Positions 40,681-53,990 are shown, counted from the stretch's first letter. The stretch is DNA of 64,000 nt from Octopus vulgaris (GCA_951406725.2 OX597814.1:198834001-198898000), one strand, 5' to 3'. Notes: a model not told the origin generated them from the sequence alone. A program made the numbers and translations.

Positions 40681-40740
<60 letters not shown>

Positions 40741-40840
40741 CACCCCCCCCCCCTTCCGGTCATTCAATATGTGACGTCGTGTGTATCGTTGGTGTTTTTC
40801 TTTCTCCGTCTTCCCTTCCTTGGATCTTTCCTTTTTCTAT

Positions 40841-40875
40841 GTTTCTGACGAAGAGCTCCGCTCGAAACGTTAAAT
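40841..40875 (+). ncRNA. Minimal type I hammerhead in a (TA)n-flanked ~220-bp unit (40755-40975)
   Basis: GTTT-CTGACGA-A-GAGC-TCC-GCTC-GAAA-CG-TT-AAAT. Confidence 0.8.
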
Positions 40876-40969
40876 CCTCCTTTTTTTCCTCTCCTGAGCG
40901 TCTGATAACACTATACTTGTTCCACGTTCTCGCGTTGTTGTGTTTTCTCTCTGTGTTTTCAGTTTGTAT

Positions 40970-41021
<52 letters not shown>

Positions 41022-41034
41022 TATTTACGATATA

Positions 41035-41280
41035 TATGAGGTTCACGTAAAAATAATTTCGGTTTTTAATCTTCATCATCGGCAGCAAAATAACTCAGTG
41101 GATAAAAGTGGAATAACACTCATTATAGTTAGCTCATTTTTTACCAACACAAAATTAGCCTCTTTATTCCGGTTGAGTAGAGATCCGGAATCCTTAGGCT
41201 GATGAATTCTTCGAAGGCCTTTTGAGTTACTGCCGCTTGGTTGTTGAAAACCTGTTACAGAAATTTATCGAGATGTTTCG
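41035..41280 (-). mobile_element. Mariner 3' fragment
   Basis: Manual translation gives KHLDKFL...KAFEEFISLRIPDLYSTGIKRL, followed by a TIR-like end with TA. Confidence 0.7.
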
Positions 41281-41450
41281 CTGTGTGGTAAGAATATTGC
41301 TTCCTAACCACATGGTTCCAGTTTCAGTCCCATTGCGTGGCACCTTGGGAAACTGTCTTCTACTTTAGCCTCGGACCGACCAATTCTTTGTGAGTGGACT
41401 TGGTAGACGGAAACTGGAAGAAGCCCGTCGTGTGTGTGTGTGTGTGTATG

Positions 41451-41481
<31 letters not shown>

Positions 41482-41487
41482 GTATAT

Positions 41488-41726
41488 ATTGTTTACATTA
41501 TTTACATTTGACGGATATTTGTCCTCATCTTGTTCGTTGCTAACGCAACGTTTCGGCTGATTTACCCTCCAGCCTTCATCAGGTGTCTTGAAGAAATTTC
41601 GAACCTGGGTTCTCATTCTTGAAGTATGCTTCGTTGTTATTTTTATTCAGGTCACTGCCTGGAGTAGAACTTAGAATCTTGGGGCAAGTTGCCCGCGTTC
41701 TTAACCGCTACACCATATACCACGGG
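41488..41726 (-). mobile_element. tRNA-headed, hammerhead-carrying SINE-like element
   Basis: Minus strand: A-box-like tggtgtagcgg, B-box-like agttctactcc, then an HHR, then a (TA)n tail. Confidence 0.7.
41542..41587 (-). ncRNA. Type I hammerhead ribozyme (canonical CUGAUGA)
   Basis: GACAC-CTGATGA-A-GGCTG-gagggtaaat-CAGCC-GAAA-CG-TT-GCGTT; one mismatch in stem I. Confidence 0.82.
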
Positions 41727-43304
41727 TATATATAAAGGCGGCACTTTAGCATGGCCGCAGTCAAATGACAGAAACAAGTAAAAGAATATTTGTTTGCATG
41801 TCTTGACAACCGATGTTGGTGTGTTTACGTCCCCGTAAACTAGCGGTTCGGCAAAAGACCCCGATAGAATAAATAGTAGGCTTACAAAGAATAAGTCCTG
41901 GGGTAGATTTCTTCGACTAAAGGTGGTGCTCCAGCATGGCCGCAATCAAATAACTGAAACGAGTATAAGAATGAAATGAAATTTGGTCGGAGATAGGTTT
42001 GGTCGGAGAAATGAAATTTGGTCGGAGATGACGTAAAGTGGTCGGGGCAGGGCTCCATAAACCGGTTTATTCAACACCTGCAGAGTCTTTTTTGCGATAT
42101 CGGAAGTCAGTCGATATCGCGAAAGAAAAAGAAACAAATAGGGTCCTTTTCGACGCACTAATAACTGTGCATTTTGCTGTTTCCTATGTCTGCTTGATGC
42201 TTTTACCAAAATTCAAAACATTTTAGGAGCAGATTGATTGCATATGAATCTTTTGCAGCTTCTCTTTGCAAAAAGGATTTTTGCTTCGTTGTCGAGTTCT
42301 GAAACTCTATTAGAATAATGCTTAATAGCTTAAATTCTTTAGACTAGTAATTAAGATTTTAATTAGTTTACGACAAAGAAAAAACATCACGTTCTTAATT
42401 AGATCCATTAATTTCGATAATACCTTACAGAGGTTTACAGATTCATTAATGAACCTGGAATTGTTTACCTGGTTGTAATAATCTGTAATATAACAGAGTT
42501 CCACACACGAAATGTAACCGTATAACATGGAACGACGCATTTTTCGTTATCGTGCGAAACCACACGACACATAGTCAAGGAATAATAGAGGTCTGTTGCA
42601 CAAAAGCAATGTGAAGAACGCTTCATAACGGCGACTTGTTTTTTATATTTTCGTCCATCTTGTGTGTAAAATCTAACAACTGTTAAACTCTAAACTCTGC
42701 GTTTAGTTCTTCTTCAACCTTTGAAATTGCCTTGCTTGTCTCTCTGTTTCGTATAGTGCTTGTTGCATCATTGTTTTGTGCTGTTTTCTCCCTTTCTATT
42801 GTCATCATAATTGACTTACGCTCTATTTTGTTATTGGGAGTTTTCAAACGGTGGGTGGAGAGGATGAGAGATGATTAAAGGAAGGGGTAGAGGTGGATAT
42901 AGTGAATCGTAAATACAAGAGTGGAGGCATGGTCAATGGCAATTATGAGATGGAGGTAGAGGTGATAAAAAATGAAAGTGAATCAGGGTGAGGTGGTGGC
43001 GAGCTGGCAGTATAGAAAGGTTAAAGAACAGCAGGGAGACAACGGGTGCAGGATAGAGGGCGGTTATTACAGGAGTTGGTGAGAGAGAAGGAAAGAGAGA
43101 AGACAGACATATACTGGCAGAGATGATGTAAGAAGTGTGTATGAATGAATGTAGTGAGAGGCGAATAAAGTAGCAACATGGCCTAAACGCAACGTCACGA
43201 ATCTTTTCGCCATACAGTCCTTTTTTCTCTTTGAAGGTACCTGTCCCTGACCCAACCTGGGAATAGATGCACTATGTTCTACGGGCAGTATTTAAGGGGG
43301 AAAC

Positions 43305-43900
43305 AGGCGGCGAGCAGGCAGAAGCGTTAGCACGTCGGGCGAAATGCTTAGTGGTATTTCGTATGCCGTTACGTTCTGAGTTCAAATTCCGCCGAGGTCG
43401 ACTTTGCCTTTCATCCTTTCGGAGTCGATTAAATAAGTACCAGTTACGCACTGGGGTCAATGTAATCGACCTAATACCTATGTCTGTCCTTGTTTGTCCC
43501 CTCTGTGTTTAGCCCCCTGTGGGTAATAAAGAAATAGGTATTTCGTCTGCCGCTACGTTCTGAGTTCAAATTCCGCCGAGGTCGACTTTGCCTTTCATCT
43601 TTTCGGGGTCGACTAAATAAGTACCAGTTACACACTGGGGTCGATGTAATCGTCTTAATCCGTGTGTCTGTCCTTGCTTGTCCCCTCTGTGTTTGGCCCC
43701 TTGTGGGTAGTAAAGAAATAGGTACTCCGTCTGTTACGTTCTGAGTTCAAATTCCGCCGAGGTCGACTTTGCCTTTCATCCTTTCGGGGTCGATAAATTA
43801 AGTACCAGTTTCCCAACTGGGGTCAATGTAATCGACTTAATCCCTTTGTCTCTCTTTGTTTGTCCCCTCTGTGTTTAGCCCCTTGTGGGTAAGAAAAAGA
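43305..43900 (+). mobile_element. SINE multimer: head plus 3 tandem bodies
   Basis: Same family and junction (aagaaataggta) as 14113 and 15212. Confidence 0.9.
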
Positions 43901-44547
43901 AAGCATGCAGGTTATGTTCTAGTCTGCACCATCGTAGTTATCTAGGAAAATCGTATTTACACACAATGTGACCTATCGGACTTAAAGCAGTGCAAATACT
44001 GTTGAAATTCTCGATATAATTGTACAACCATCTAACAGGATTAACAATTTTTTTTGTTCGCCCACAACTCAACGTCAGTTACCAAAGATAGAAAATCCGA
44101 TTGCTGACAAGACCAAGCATTTTCTCTACCAGGAGGTGGATGCTATCGTATCCAACTCAGTGAGATAATAGTAAATCTTTCGAGAAAAAGATCGAGATAC
44201 ATAGTCTTTCCAAGTCGCGCAGTAAACTACATCGTTTGGCACTCCCAAGTCTCTGCTCGATTCTAGCGAAATCCATATTGTACGGCCGAGACATTCTGGA
44301 AAAAAGTCTCGGATACTAGAGGATGGTAAAAATTATTGAAAACATTAGATTAAATTGTGTGAAATAAGAAAACCAAAGATCTCAGAACAAAATTTAAAAT
44401 ATGAACAGCCAAATGGCTAAATGTCCTAAAGTTCTCGGATGTTAAGAATGAGGAATGGGAATCAATAGGGTACAGATTAGGGCAGACAGAGAAATGGCAG
44501 GCAGCACAGAAACGGTGAATAGTGGAAAACTGCAAGGAATGAAGTTG

Positions 44548-44710
44548 AGGCGCAGGAGTGACTGTGAGGTAAGTAGCTTGCTTACCAACCACATGATTTT
44601 GGTTTCATTCCCAATGTGTGGTAACTTGGGCAAGTGTCTTCTACTACAGCCTCGGGCCGACCAAAGCCTTGTGAGTGGATTTGGTTGATGGAAACTGAAA
44701 GAAGCCTACC

Positions 44711-44744
<34 letters not shown>

Positions 44745-45008
44745 AGAGAGAGAGAGGGAGAGATGGATGGATATGGATAGATATGTATGTACGTATATGT
44801 TTGTGTGCATGTGTTTGTCCCCCAACATCGCTTGACAACCGATGCTAGTGTGTTTACGTTCCCATAACCTAGCGGTTCGGCAAAAAGAAACTGATAGAAT
44901 AAGTACTAGGTTTACAAAGAATAAGTCCTGGGGTCAATTTGCTCGACTAAAGGCGGTGCTCCAGCATGGCCGCAGTCAAATGACTGAAAAAATGTAAGTG
45001 AGAATAAA
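44548..45008 (+). mobile_element. Full-length central-microsatellite SINE
   Basis: From the ggcgcaggagtg head to the aaatgactgaaa tail. Confidence 0.9.
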
Positions 45009-45905
45009 AGATGAATGTCAAACAGAAGCAGCTCTGGAGAGAGAGAGAGAGAGAGAGAGAACGAACTGGTAGTGAAGAAAGCGGATGTTGTATATATGTA
45101 GTTCTTTTCTTATTTAATGTTAAACCAGTAAATGCAGCAGTAAGACGAGCGATGGCGGGGTGATTGAAAGTGATGAAGTGAATGTGGGGAGGATTTGAAA
45201 AACACAAACTGGGGATAAACATGTACTTTATATTATAAATCTTTATATTTCCCATTATTCTATGTTTTATCCAAACTTTTACGTTGCATTATAAACATTT
45301 TGAGGCTCTATTACAAAATTAATGGCTTAAATTTTCTAGTTTAGTAATTAAGATTCTAATTATTTTAAAGAAAAGAAATCCTAGTATTCTTAAATAGAAT
45401 AATTAATTTCGACACTCCTTATTAGAGATTCGTTAATAAATCTGGAAATGTTTCTCAATTTGTAATTTATTTTCAACACTTCTTCGGAGCGTCAAATTCC
45501 GTCTTTCATCTTTTCGGGGTCGATAAAATAAGTACCAGTTGAGTACTGGGGTCGAAATTGCTGGCCTTGTGCCAACATCTGAAACCAATATCTGATGGCA
45601 TCATAAATCAAATGGTGACGTCAAGTGAACTGGAACAATACACTTTCAATATCACTTCTAAGCTTTTCATTTAATATTTGCTAAGCAAAAATGACTCCGG
45701 CATTTAAACTTAATGCAAGTGCAATCCCTACAAAAACTGAAGGACTCATCTTCAGCAATCCCTGGACATTAATGTCTCGAGTCCTAGGACTCATAGGCCG
45801 GTTACTTGGTTTCCATGGTAAATAAGTGACCGAGGTCATAGCATAACCCTTGAATGGCATGCCAGTCCATAGCTGGATTTCTCAGTTACAGTTCAAGAAA
45901 TGAAG

Positions 45906-46049
45906 TATCTGGTCTCGGTAATATCTGGTCTCGGTAATAGCTGGTCTCGGTAATAGCTGGTCTCGGTAATATCTGGTCTCGGTAATATCTGGTCTCAGTG
46001 ATATCTGGTCTCAGTGATATCTGGTCTCAGTGATATCTGGTCTCAGTGA
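45906..46049. repeat. 16-bp minisatellite x9 inside a decayed SINE (~45780-46122, minus strand)
   Basis: TA(T/G)CTGGTCTC(GGTAA/AGTGA) x9. Confidence 0.93.
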
Positions 46050-46279
46050 TATAATACGCTGCCCGATCCAGAAATCGAAACCAGGATCTTGCGCGCAACA
46101 CTCTAACCACCATGTCACGCGCTGTTACTGAAATATATTTCATCATACTGCTATATTTATTCCCCTTCGAGCTTTAAATGCGGTTCTAATTATTTTAACT
46201 TGCAGCCATCTAGCTATATATTTGATTTAGTGATAAACCTCAAACTGAGCATTTGCGCTTAACCTTTAATATATTTCTT

Positions 46280-46488
46280 TAATTCTTTTAATCGCTTCAG
46301 TCATTTGACTACGGTCATGCTGGAGCACTGCCTTTAGTCGAGCGAATCGACCCCAGGACTTATTCGTTGTAAGCCTAGTAATTACTCTATCGGTCTCTTG
46401 TGCCAAACCGCTAAGTTACGGTGACGGAAAACACACCAGCATTGGTTGTCAAGTGATGTTGGGGGGCGGCAAACATACACGTACATGC

Positions 46489-46552
<64 letters not shown>

Positions 46553-46680
46553 TACACACACGACGGGCTTCTTTCAGTTTCCGTCTACCAAATTCGGTCA
46601 CAAAGCTTTGGTCGGCCCGAGGCTAAAGTAGAAGGCACAACCATGTGGTTGGTAAGCAAGCTACATACCACACGGCCACT
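46280..46680 (-). mobile_element. Central-microsatellite SINE
   Basis: Family motifs with a small internal deletion. Confidence 0.9.
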
Positions 46681-46855
46681 TTTTGGGTGATATATACGGA
46701 TATATATCTATGAAAATAGATTAAGAGAAGATCCTACATTCCCGTATTTCCAGGGGACAATAAGGATAAGTTAAACTACTTTTAACTTGAAATGGAATAC
46801 GAAATATGAATTGAATTCGAACGAAACACGCTGCTTCTTGTAAAATTCCCACCAT

Positions 46856-47178
46856 TGGTGACCCCCTTCGGTCAGACACTGACCATGGGTTTGCACATAG
46901 AGTTACCCTCTGAGACACAAGTCTGGGCAAGGTTGTTTTATGGAAGACCAGCAGTCGCCCATGCATACCGGCACAGATGCTGTCCAAGGGAAAGGCAAGG
47001 GCCGATACAGCTTGGCACCTGTGACGTCGCAATTCATTTCTACAGCTGAGTGAACTGGAGCAACGTGAAATAAAGTGTCTTGCTCAAGAACACAACACGC
47101 AGCCCGGTCCGGGATTCGAGCTCACAACCTCACGATCGTTAGCTCGACGCTCTAACCACTGAGCCACGCGCCTTCACC
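46856..47178 (-). mobile_element. tRNA-derived SINE with CORE-like centre and a distinct tail
   Basis: Minus strand gcgtggctcagtggttagagcg...ctcgaatcccggacc...gtgttcttgagcaagacacttt. Confidence 0.85.
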
Positions 47179-47696
47179 ATTAGCATTCGTTAATTTACCG
47201 GGAATTTGTGAAGACACTTAAAATGATTTCTGTATCCATGAATCTTGACGACATATAAGAACAGAATAGAATCCAGATATAAGAAACGTTAGCTGAATAA
47301 TACAAGCCATCTTCAAGATGAATATTTATTATTTGAAATGGATCAGTTAGGAATCAATATGGGGTAAAAGATAAACACAGTGCGTGTGGAATTAGATAAA
47401 CTTTCGACTGAAAGCACCAACTTTTGTCACCAATGACGACTTCCAAAAAATGATTCAGATCAACTTCCAACTGTTCTTTCAGTACATGACACGCATTCAG
47501 TCGTGACTGTAAATGTTTACACACAGCCAGCATAGACGTCTAAGTTATAATTCTGTCAGAAGACACAAGAACAAGCGATGTCACATTTGTAGAGGAATAG
47601 CATAATGAATAAAACAAACTGTGAAAATAAAATAAAAATATACAGTTACTGCAATAGCCCCGGTGCTACAACAAAGGAATAAGCAACATCTGAAGT

Positions 47697-48208
<512 letters not shown>

Positions 48209-48361
48209 ATATATGTAAAGATATTTAGATCAAAATACTTTATTATTTGCATTGTTTTTATTTGATGGAAAAAAAAAATTACATTTAAGTGTATAAGTAC
48301 CTGAATGCTGAGACCAGAACTTAATTCTAGCAATGTGGAATTAGCAAAGTCAAATACACAA

Positions 48362-49252
48362 TACCACGACGTACCCAAAAGAAACCGAAATTTCGCTATA
48401 TTATCGTATTCACTTAGATTTACATGTTTACACTTTTATCGCCTTCAAAGTATTCTCTATTTGAAGCAATGCATCCGTCCAGGTGCGTTTTCCACTATTC
48501 GAAGCTATCCTGGAACTCTTGCGAAGTGATGCCTTTTGACGCCTCCGTCGTTTTTTCCTCACTTCTTCCATATCTGCAAATTCCGTAGCGCCAGCTTTCG
48601 TCACCAGTGACGATTTCGAACAAAGATCCGGACCAACTTCCAACTGTTGTTTCAGTACACGACACGCATTCTGTTGCGACTGCTTTTGATCCTTCGTGAG
48701 CAAGCAGGGCACACATTTTGCTGCAACTCTTTTCTTTCTCAATTCCTCGCTCAAGTTTATTTGACAGGTATTCCAGAATATACCAGTCATATCAACAAGT
48801 TCGTCATTTGTTTGGTGACGGTCCTCCGAGATCATTTCATGCATTTTCGTGATGTTTTCATTGGTTCGGGAGGTCGACGTTCGTCTTGAATGAGGTTGGT
48901 CTTCAAGCGACAAGTGGCCATTTCAAAAGCATGGAAACCCCTAGTAAACTTATGTTTTGTTCATGACTGAGTCCTTGCAAGCTGCTTGAAACATGACAAC
49001 TGTTTCGGCCGCCGTGTTCCCCAGCAGAAAACAGAATTTCCTTCGTTTCAGCCATTGCAACGATTGTCGGACAACGGAGAAACATTTCAAAATGAAGGTG
49101 CACCACACGGCAGTACTACTTTACTGGAAGGCGCAGATCAGCAGACCGATGCTTGAGGGTTGCATCAAAAGGCTTCTAGCGGCGGAAACTCGAACTACAA
49201 GGAGCTTGTCCCACAGAGAACGTTTCCGGTTATTTTTGGGTACCCCTTCGTA
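48362..49252 (-). mobile_element. Internally deleted mariner with TIRs
   Basis: TIR tacgaaggggtacccaaaaataaccggaa with a diverged partner at 48362; SLEDQPHS.., RVAAKCVP (WVPH-like) and IVTGDESW. Confidence 0.9.
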
Positions 49253-50074
49253 ATTAAAGATAGAACAGTGATAGGAATGAAGATTTCTAAAACTGATACA
49301 AACTCCCTTCTCACATTTTAAGGACGAGGTGCAGTTGATTACACTGATTTCAGAAAGTGGTTGCTACTTATTTTTAGACGATAAAAATCAAGGTTGAGTC
49401 CTATAGAATATGAACTCAGAACATTAAAAAGTAGTGATGGTGTGCAACTAATATCATTGGCAAGATTTCTGGCGCTCTACTGCGTCTTGAATACTACGTT
49501 CATAACAGCAGTAATAATTTATGCCATAAATAAAAGCAAATACTTCTAAGAGGTGAAACAGTTACTAAATAATCTTCAAAATTTCTCCAGCCCTGGAAAG
49601 GATTACTATCGGGTTTTAAACAAGGGCGTTGAATTATGATAATAAAATTAATTTTTAATTTTGACACAAGGTTAGCAAGTCCGGCAAGTGTTCAACTGGT
49701 ACTTATTTTATCGATCCCGAAAGGGTGAAATGCAAGGCCAACTTCGGCGGAATTTTAAATTGGAACGCAAACATCAGAAAAAATGCTGTAAAGCAATTTG
49801 TACGACTCGCTACCGATTCTGCTGTTTCACCACCCATGATGATTAGGAGGAACAGGAGAAAAGAGACGACGTCGATGATGATGATGATGAAAATATTAGC
49901 TCTTCTAAATTACGAATATTTTAATAATATTAAGCTATCATTTTTAGAGAAAACATCAGGGAATTTTATTAAATTTCTGTTTATAAAATGGTGATGAAAC
50001 CGCGTACAATATGGCTTTAGTTAGTGATTGAAATCGTTTTCCTACATTTTACACTCCTGATTATTTTCTTAAAC

Positions 50075-50229
50075 GTTCTTTTATTCTTTAATTTGTTACA
50101 GTCATTTGACGGCGGCCATGCTGGAGCACCGCCTTTAGTCAAACAAACCGACCCAGGACTTATTCTTTCTAAGCCTAGTACTTAATCTATCGGCCTGTTT
50201 TGCCGAACCGATAAGTTACGGGGATGTAA

Positions 50230-50280
<51 letters not shown>

Positions 50281-50449
50281 CACATGACGAACTTCTTTCC
50301 GTTTCCGTCTACCAAATCCACTCAAAAGGATTTGGTCGGCCGGAGGCTATAGTAGATCACACTTGTCCAAGGTGCCACGCAGTGGGACTGAACCCAGAAC
50401 TATGTGGCTGGTAAGCTCTCCACTTACCACACAGCCATTCTTGCGCCTA
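50075..50449 (-). mobile_element. Central-microsatellite SINE
   Basis: Family motifs. Confidence 0.9.
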
Positions 50450-51169
50450 CATGTCTACAATACTACATAAATTCTGTTCTATGTCTCTATCCAATATAGG
50501 TGTGTTACCTTGGGCCTAGTTATCACAAAAAAAGCAAATAAATAAATTAGACAAAAGAAAATCAATATTGAACGTTTGAATATCTTTCGCTAAGCATATT
50601 AAATCAAACGTTCAATATTGAAAAGTATGAAAAGTGTAGAAATCGAACACCATTTTGAAATTTGCTTTGTGTTAGAGTGAGTATAAGTACATTTGTGATC
50701 TTATTTTGATCTTATTTAATCAATTAATATTTTTTCCTGACAAACATTTGTAATCAAATAAAGAGACATTGTAGTCGGAGAAAATGTTCAGGAAATAATA
50801 GAAATATACTTCTATGCTTATCCGAGGTTGCAAAATCCGTTGAAAAGATACATTTAGAAATGTGTCTGTATATAAAAACACACATTTGATGATGCTTTAA
50901 GATAAATTATCTGTTTACAACCTACGTCTGGCAGATGTTGCAATTACTGAAATTGAATATCTTTCGCTAAGCATATTTTTATATAAGTTAAGATTTGAAA
51001 AGAAACAGAAAAATTGGTGTTTGACTTGAGTTCAGAGGAGTGTTTTACTATTTTAAATATCATCAAGGGAAAACGAAAGTATAATATAATCAAGAAATAT
51101 ACGACGACGAAGCAATAAATAATCGTGGAATAATTAAGTATTACATACGCACACACTCATACACATACA

Positions 51170-51455
51170 CACAATCATATGTATATACACGCATACATGT
51201 GTATATATGTATGTATTCATGTATGTATATATATATGCATGCATTTATGTTTGTATTCATGTATATATATGCATGCATGCATGTATGTATATACGCATGC
51301 ATGCATGTATGTATGCATGCATGCATGTATGCATGCATGCATGTATGTATGCATGCATGTATGTATGTACGCATGCATGCATGTATGTATGTATATATGC
51401 ATGCATATATTCATGTACGTATATATATGCATGCATGCGTGCACGTGTGTATGTA
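51170..51455. repeat. (ATGC/ATGT)n compound microsatellite
   Basis: Directly visible in the sequence. Confidence 0.95.
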
Positions 51456-53255
51456 AGTGGGTAGGTAAATATGTCTGTATGCGTCTGTAAAAGAGGGCTT
51501 CTGTACAAATCCTGTATCTCAAATTCTGCTCACGAAGTAGTGGTCCATGAAAAACTATAAATAAAAGAAGTGTCCAAGATACACCTACAGTTGGTGCCGA
51601 CTCGAAGGAATGAGACTGCGAAGTGAAATTCTTAAATAGAAAGACATAACCGTACCTATTGTATAAATATATTTCTCTATCGTTTAGTAAAAAGAAGGCA
51701 ACACACCTACCCCGTTTTAGAGCTTCTGAAATCGGTAGGCTGGAAGGAAGAATTTATCTGTGCGCTGAACACTTAGTGAAGAGCCTCGAAATAGTCTGGA
51801 CTTCACTGAACCGCACCAAAGCCCAGTCTATACTGATAAAGTGGATGCGTAGTAAATGTCCTTGTCAAGAAAAGGATAAGCTGTCCAAAAGCATCACGCA
51901 CAGTTTCCGTCTAACAAATATTATTCATACACCTTTGCTTGACAGATGATTACAGCAGAAAACATAAGTACTGCACAGTGGAATAAATAAACGTCGAAAC
52001 CTCTTAGTTTAGCTTTAGCTGTTTAAACACCACCCAGCCATACCAGCGTTCGTGGAAAAACAGAGGTAATGAATGGGGCCTAAATGACAAGAACCAATGC
52101 ATTCGGAGAGCGCAGACCTCCGCTAAGCAGCTCATTTTAAGATAGATACGAGAGTAAAATTACTGATAGAGAAACGAAAATAAACTTTGGAAACAGCAAC
52201 GCCACCATAGGTTACGTGGAAATGATGAACGTGTTTTCAAGGGAGATAATCAAAGAACGTAACATTGTAATACTTCATGTAAAGTAAATATAACAAAGGA
52301 AAAATCCTTCAAGAAGCCATAAATTCCCGGATCACTACGAAAATTTCATCATCTGTTTCTTAGCGGAGGTAATTAACAAACAATATTTTCCTCTAGTAGA
52401 CAATTGCATTCATTCCTGTACATCCCGCCAAAATTTCAGTAAAAGATCAACTACGTTAAATCTTGGATCAGACTGAGAAGTTACTATCCACCGGAGTTTA
52501 TCTCAAAACTTTAATCCTCTCTGGAATAATAATGGGAAGTATTGAAATAAGCAGTTCGTGAAAGTAAGACTTTTAATGGATGTGAGTGAATTATACACCA
52601 ACTGTCAGTGAAAAAGGAAAATAACTGTGATCACGGACTGCAGAAACTACAGCCATTGCATCGTAATTGTAAGTCTAGATACAAACCTATAATCATTAAC
52701 GAATTCTAAAAGGTAAATACAGGCCTGGAATAGAAATAGCCAACACCAGTTTCTTCAGATTCAGTTCAGCTTCTCAAATGCAGAGTTTAAATAGTAAGAT
52801 ATCATTTTCTAGACTAGATCTCTATCTGCCTATACATAAATGAACGAAGAGCTTAGACGCATATATATATATATACACAAATACACCCAGGAACATACAC
52901 GCATGTTTTCGTTTTCCTAGTTAATGGCTCTGATGATTGCCACTCTCCTATTGGATTTATTTATTAGCCTCACATACTGCAGATTCTTATTGTATATTTT
53001 TATTGTTTCTTGGTAGGGTAGCTAACTCGGGTTAGTAGAAAATGTTTAAACTAAGTTGATAATGCATTTGCAAATAGTTACAACTTATCGATGTTGGAAT
53101 GTATTTAAACAAATCGCTCGATAAAACAAATTGCGTGTGCCAATACATATATAGACATGGCCACAGCTCTGAGCTGAAAATGATAAAACAAAAAAAAAAA
53201 ACCCAATAAATATATGTGTGTGTCTGTGTGTGTATGTATGTATGTATGTATGTAT

Positions 53256-53640
53256 AGGCGCAGGAGTGGCTGTGTGGTAAGTAGCTTGCTAACCAATCAC
53301 ATGGTTCCGGGTTCAGTCCCACTGCGTGGCATCTTGGGCAAGTGTCTTCTGCTATAGCCTCGGGCCGACCAATGCTTTGTGAGTGGATTTGGTAGACGGA
53401 AACTGAAAGAAGCCTGTCGTATATATATATGTGTGTGTGTTTGTGTGTCTGTGTTTGTTCCCCTAGCATTGCTTGACAACCGATGCTGGTGTGTTTACGT
53501 CCCCGTCACTTAACGGTTCGGCAAAAGAGACTGATAGAATAAGTACTGGGCTTACAAAGAATAAGTCCCGGGGTCGATTTGCTCGACTAAAGGCGGTGCT
53601 CGACTAAAGACTGAAACAAGTAAAAGAGAGAAAGAGAAAG
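53256..53640 (+). mobile_element. Full-length central-microsatellite SINE
   Basis: ggcgcaggagtggctgtgtggtaag...gggttcagtccc (B box)...gactgaaacaagtaaaagag. Confidence 0.92.
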
Positions 53641-53651
53641 ATATATATATT

Positions 53652-53990
53652 CTCTTATTTGTTTCAGTCATGTGACTGCGATCATGCTGGAGCACCGCCT
53701 TCAGTCGAATAAATCGACCCCAGGACTTATTCTTTCTAAACCTAGTACTTATTCTATCGACTTTTGCCTAACCACTAGTTACGGGGACGTAAATATACAC
53801 AAACATCAAGCGATGGTGGAGTCACACACACACACACACGACGAGCTTCTTTCAGTTTTCGTCTACCAAATCCACTCACAAGGCTTTGGTCTGCCGGAGT
53901 CTATAGTAGAAGACACTTACCCAAAGTGCCACGCAGTGGGACTGTACCAGGACTCATGTGGTTGGTAAGCAAGCTACTTACCACAGTCAC
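53652..53990 (-). mobile_element. Central-microsatellite SINE, tail-to-tail with the previous copy
   Basis: Reverse-complement family motifs. Confidence 0.9.

Larger units (their letters stand above)
41279..41970 (+). mobile_element. Central-microsatellite SINE hosting a nested HHR element
   Basis: SINE head 41279-41430 and body 41800-41970, separated by inserts. Confidence 0.8.

Noticed and set aside
41195-41225. CTGATGA motif
   Set aside because: It lies in mariner coding sequence and has no GAAA or stem geometry.
42050-42800. Possible decayed Helitron or DNA transposon coding sequence on the minus strand
   Set aside because: No motif clear enough to call by eye.
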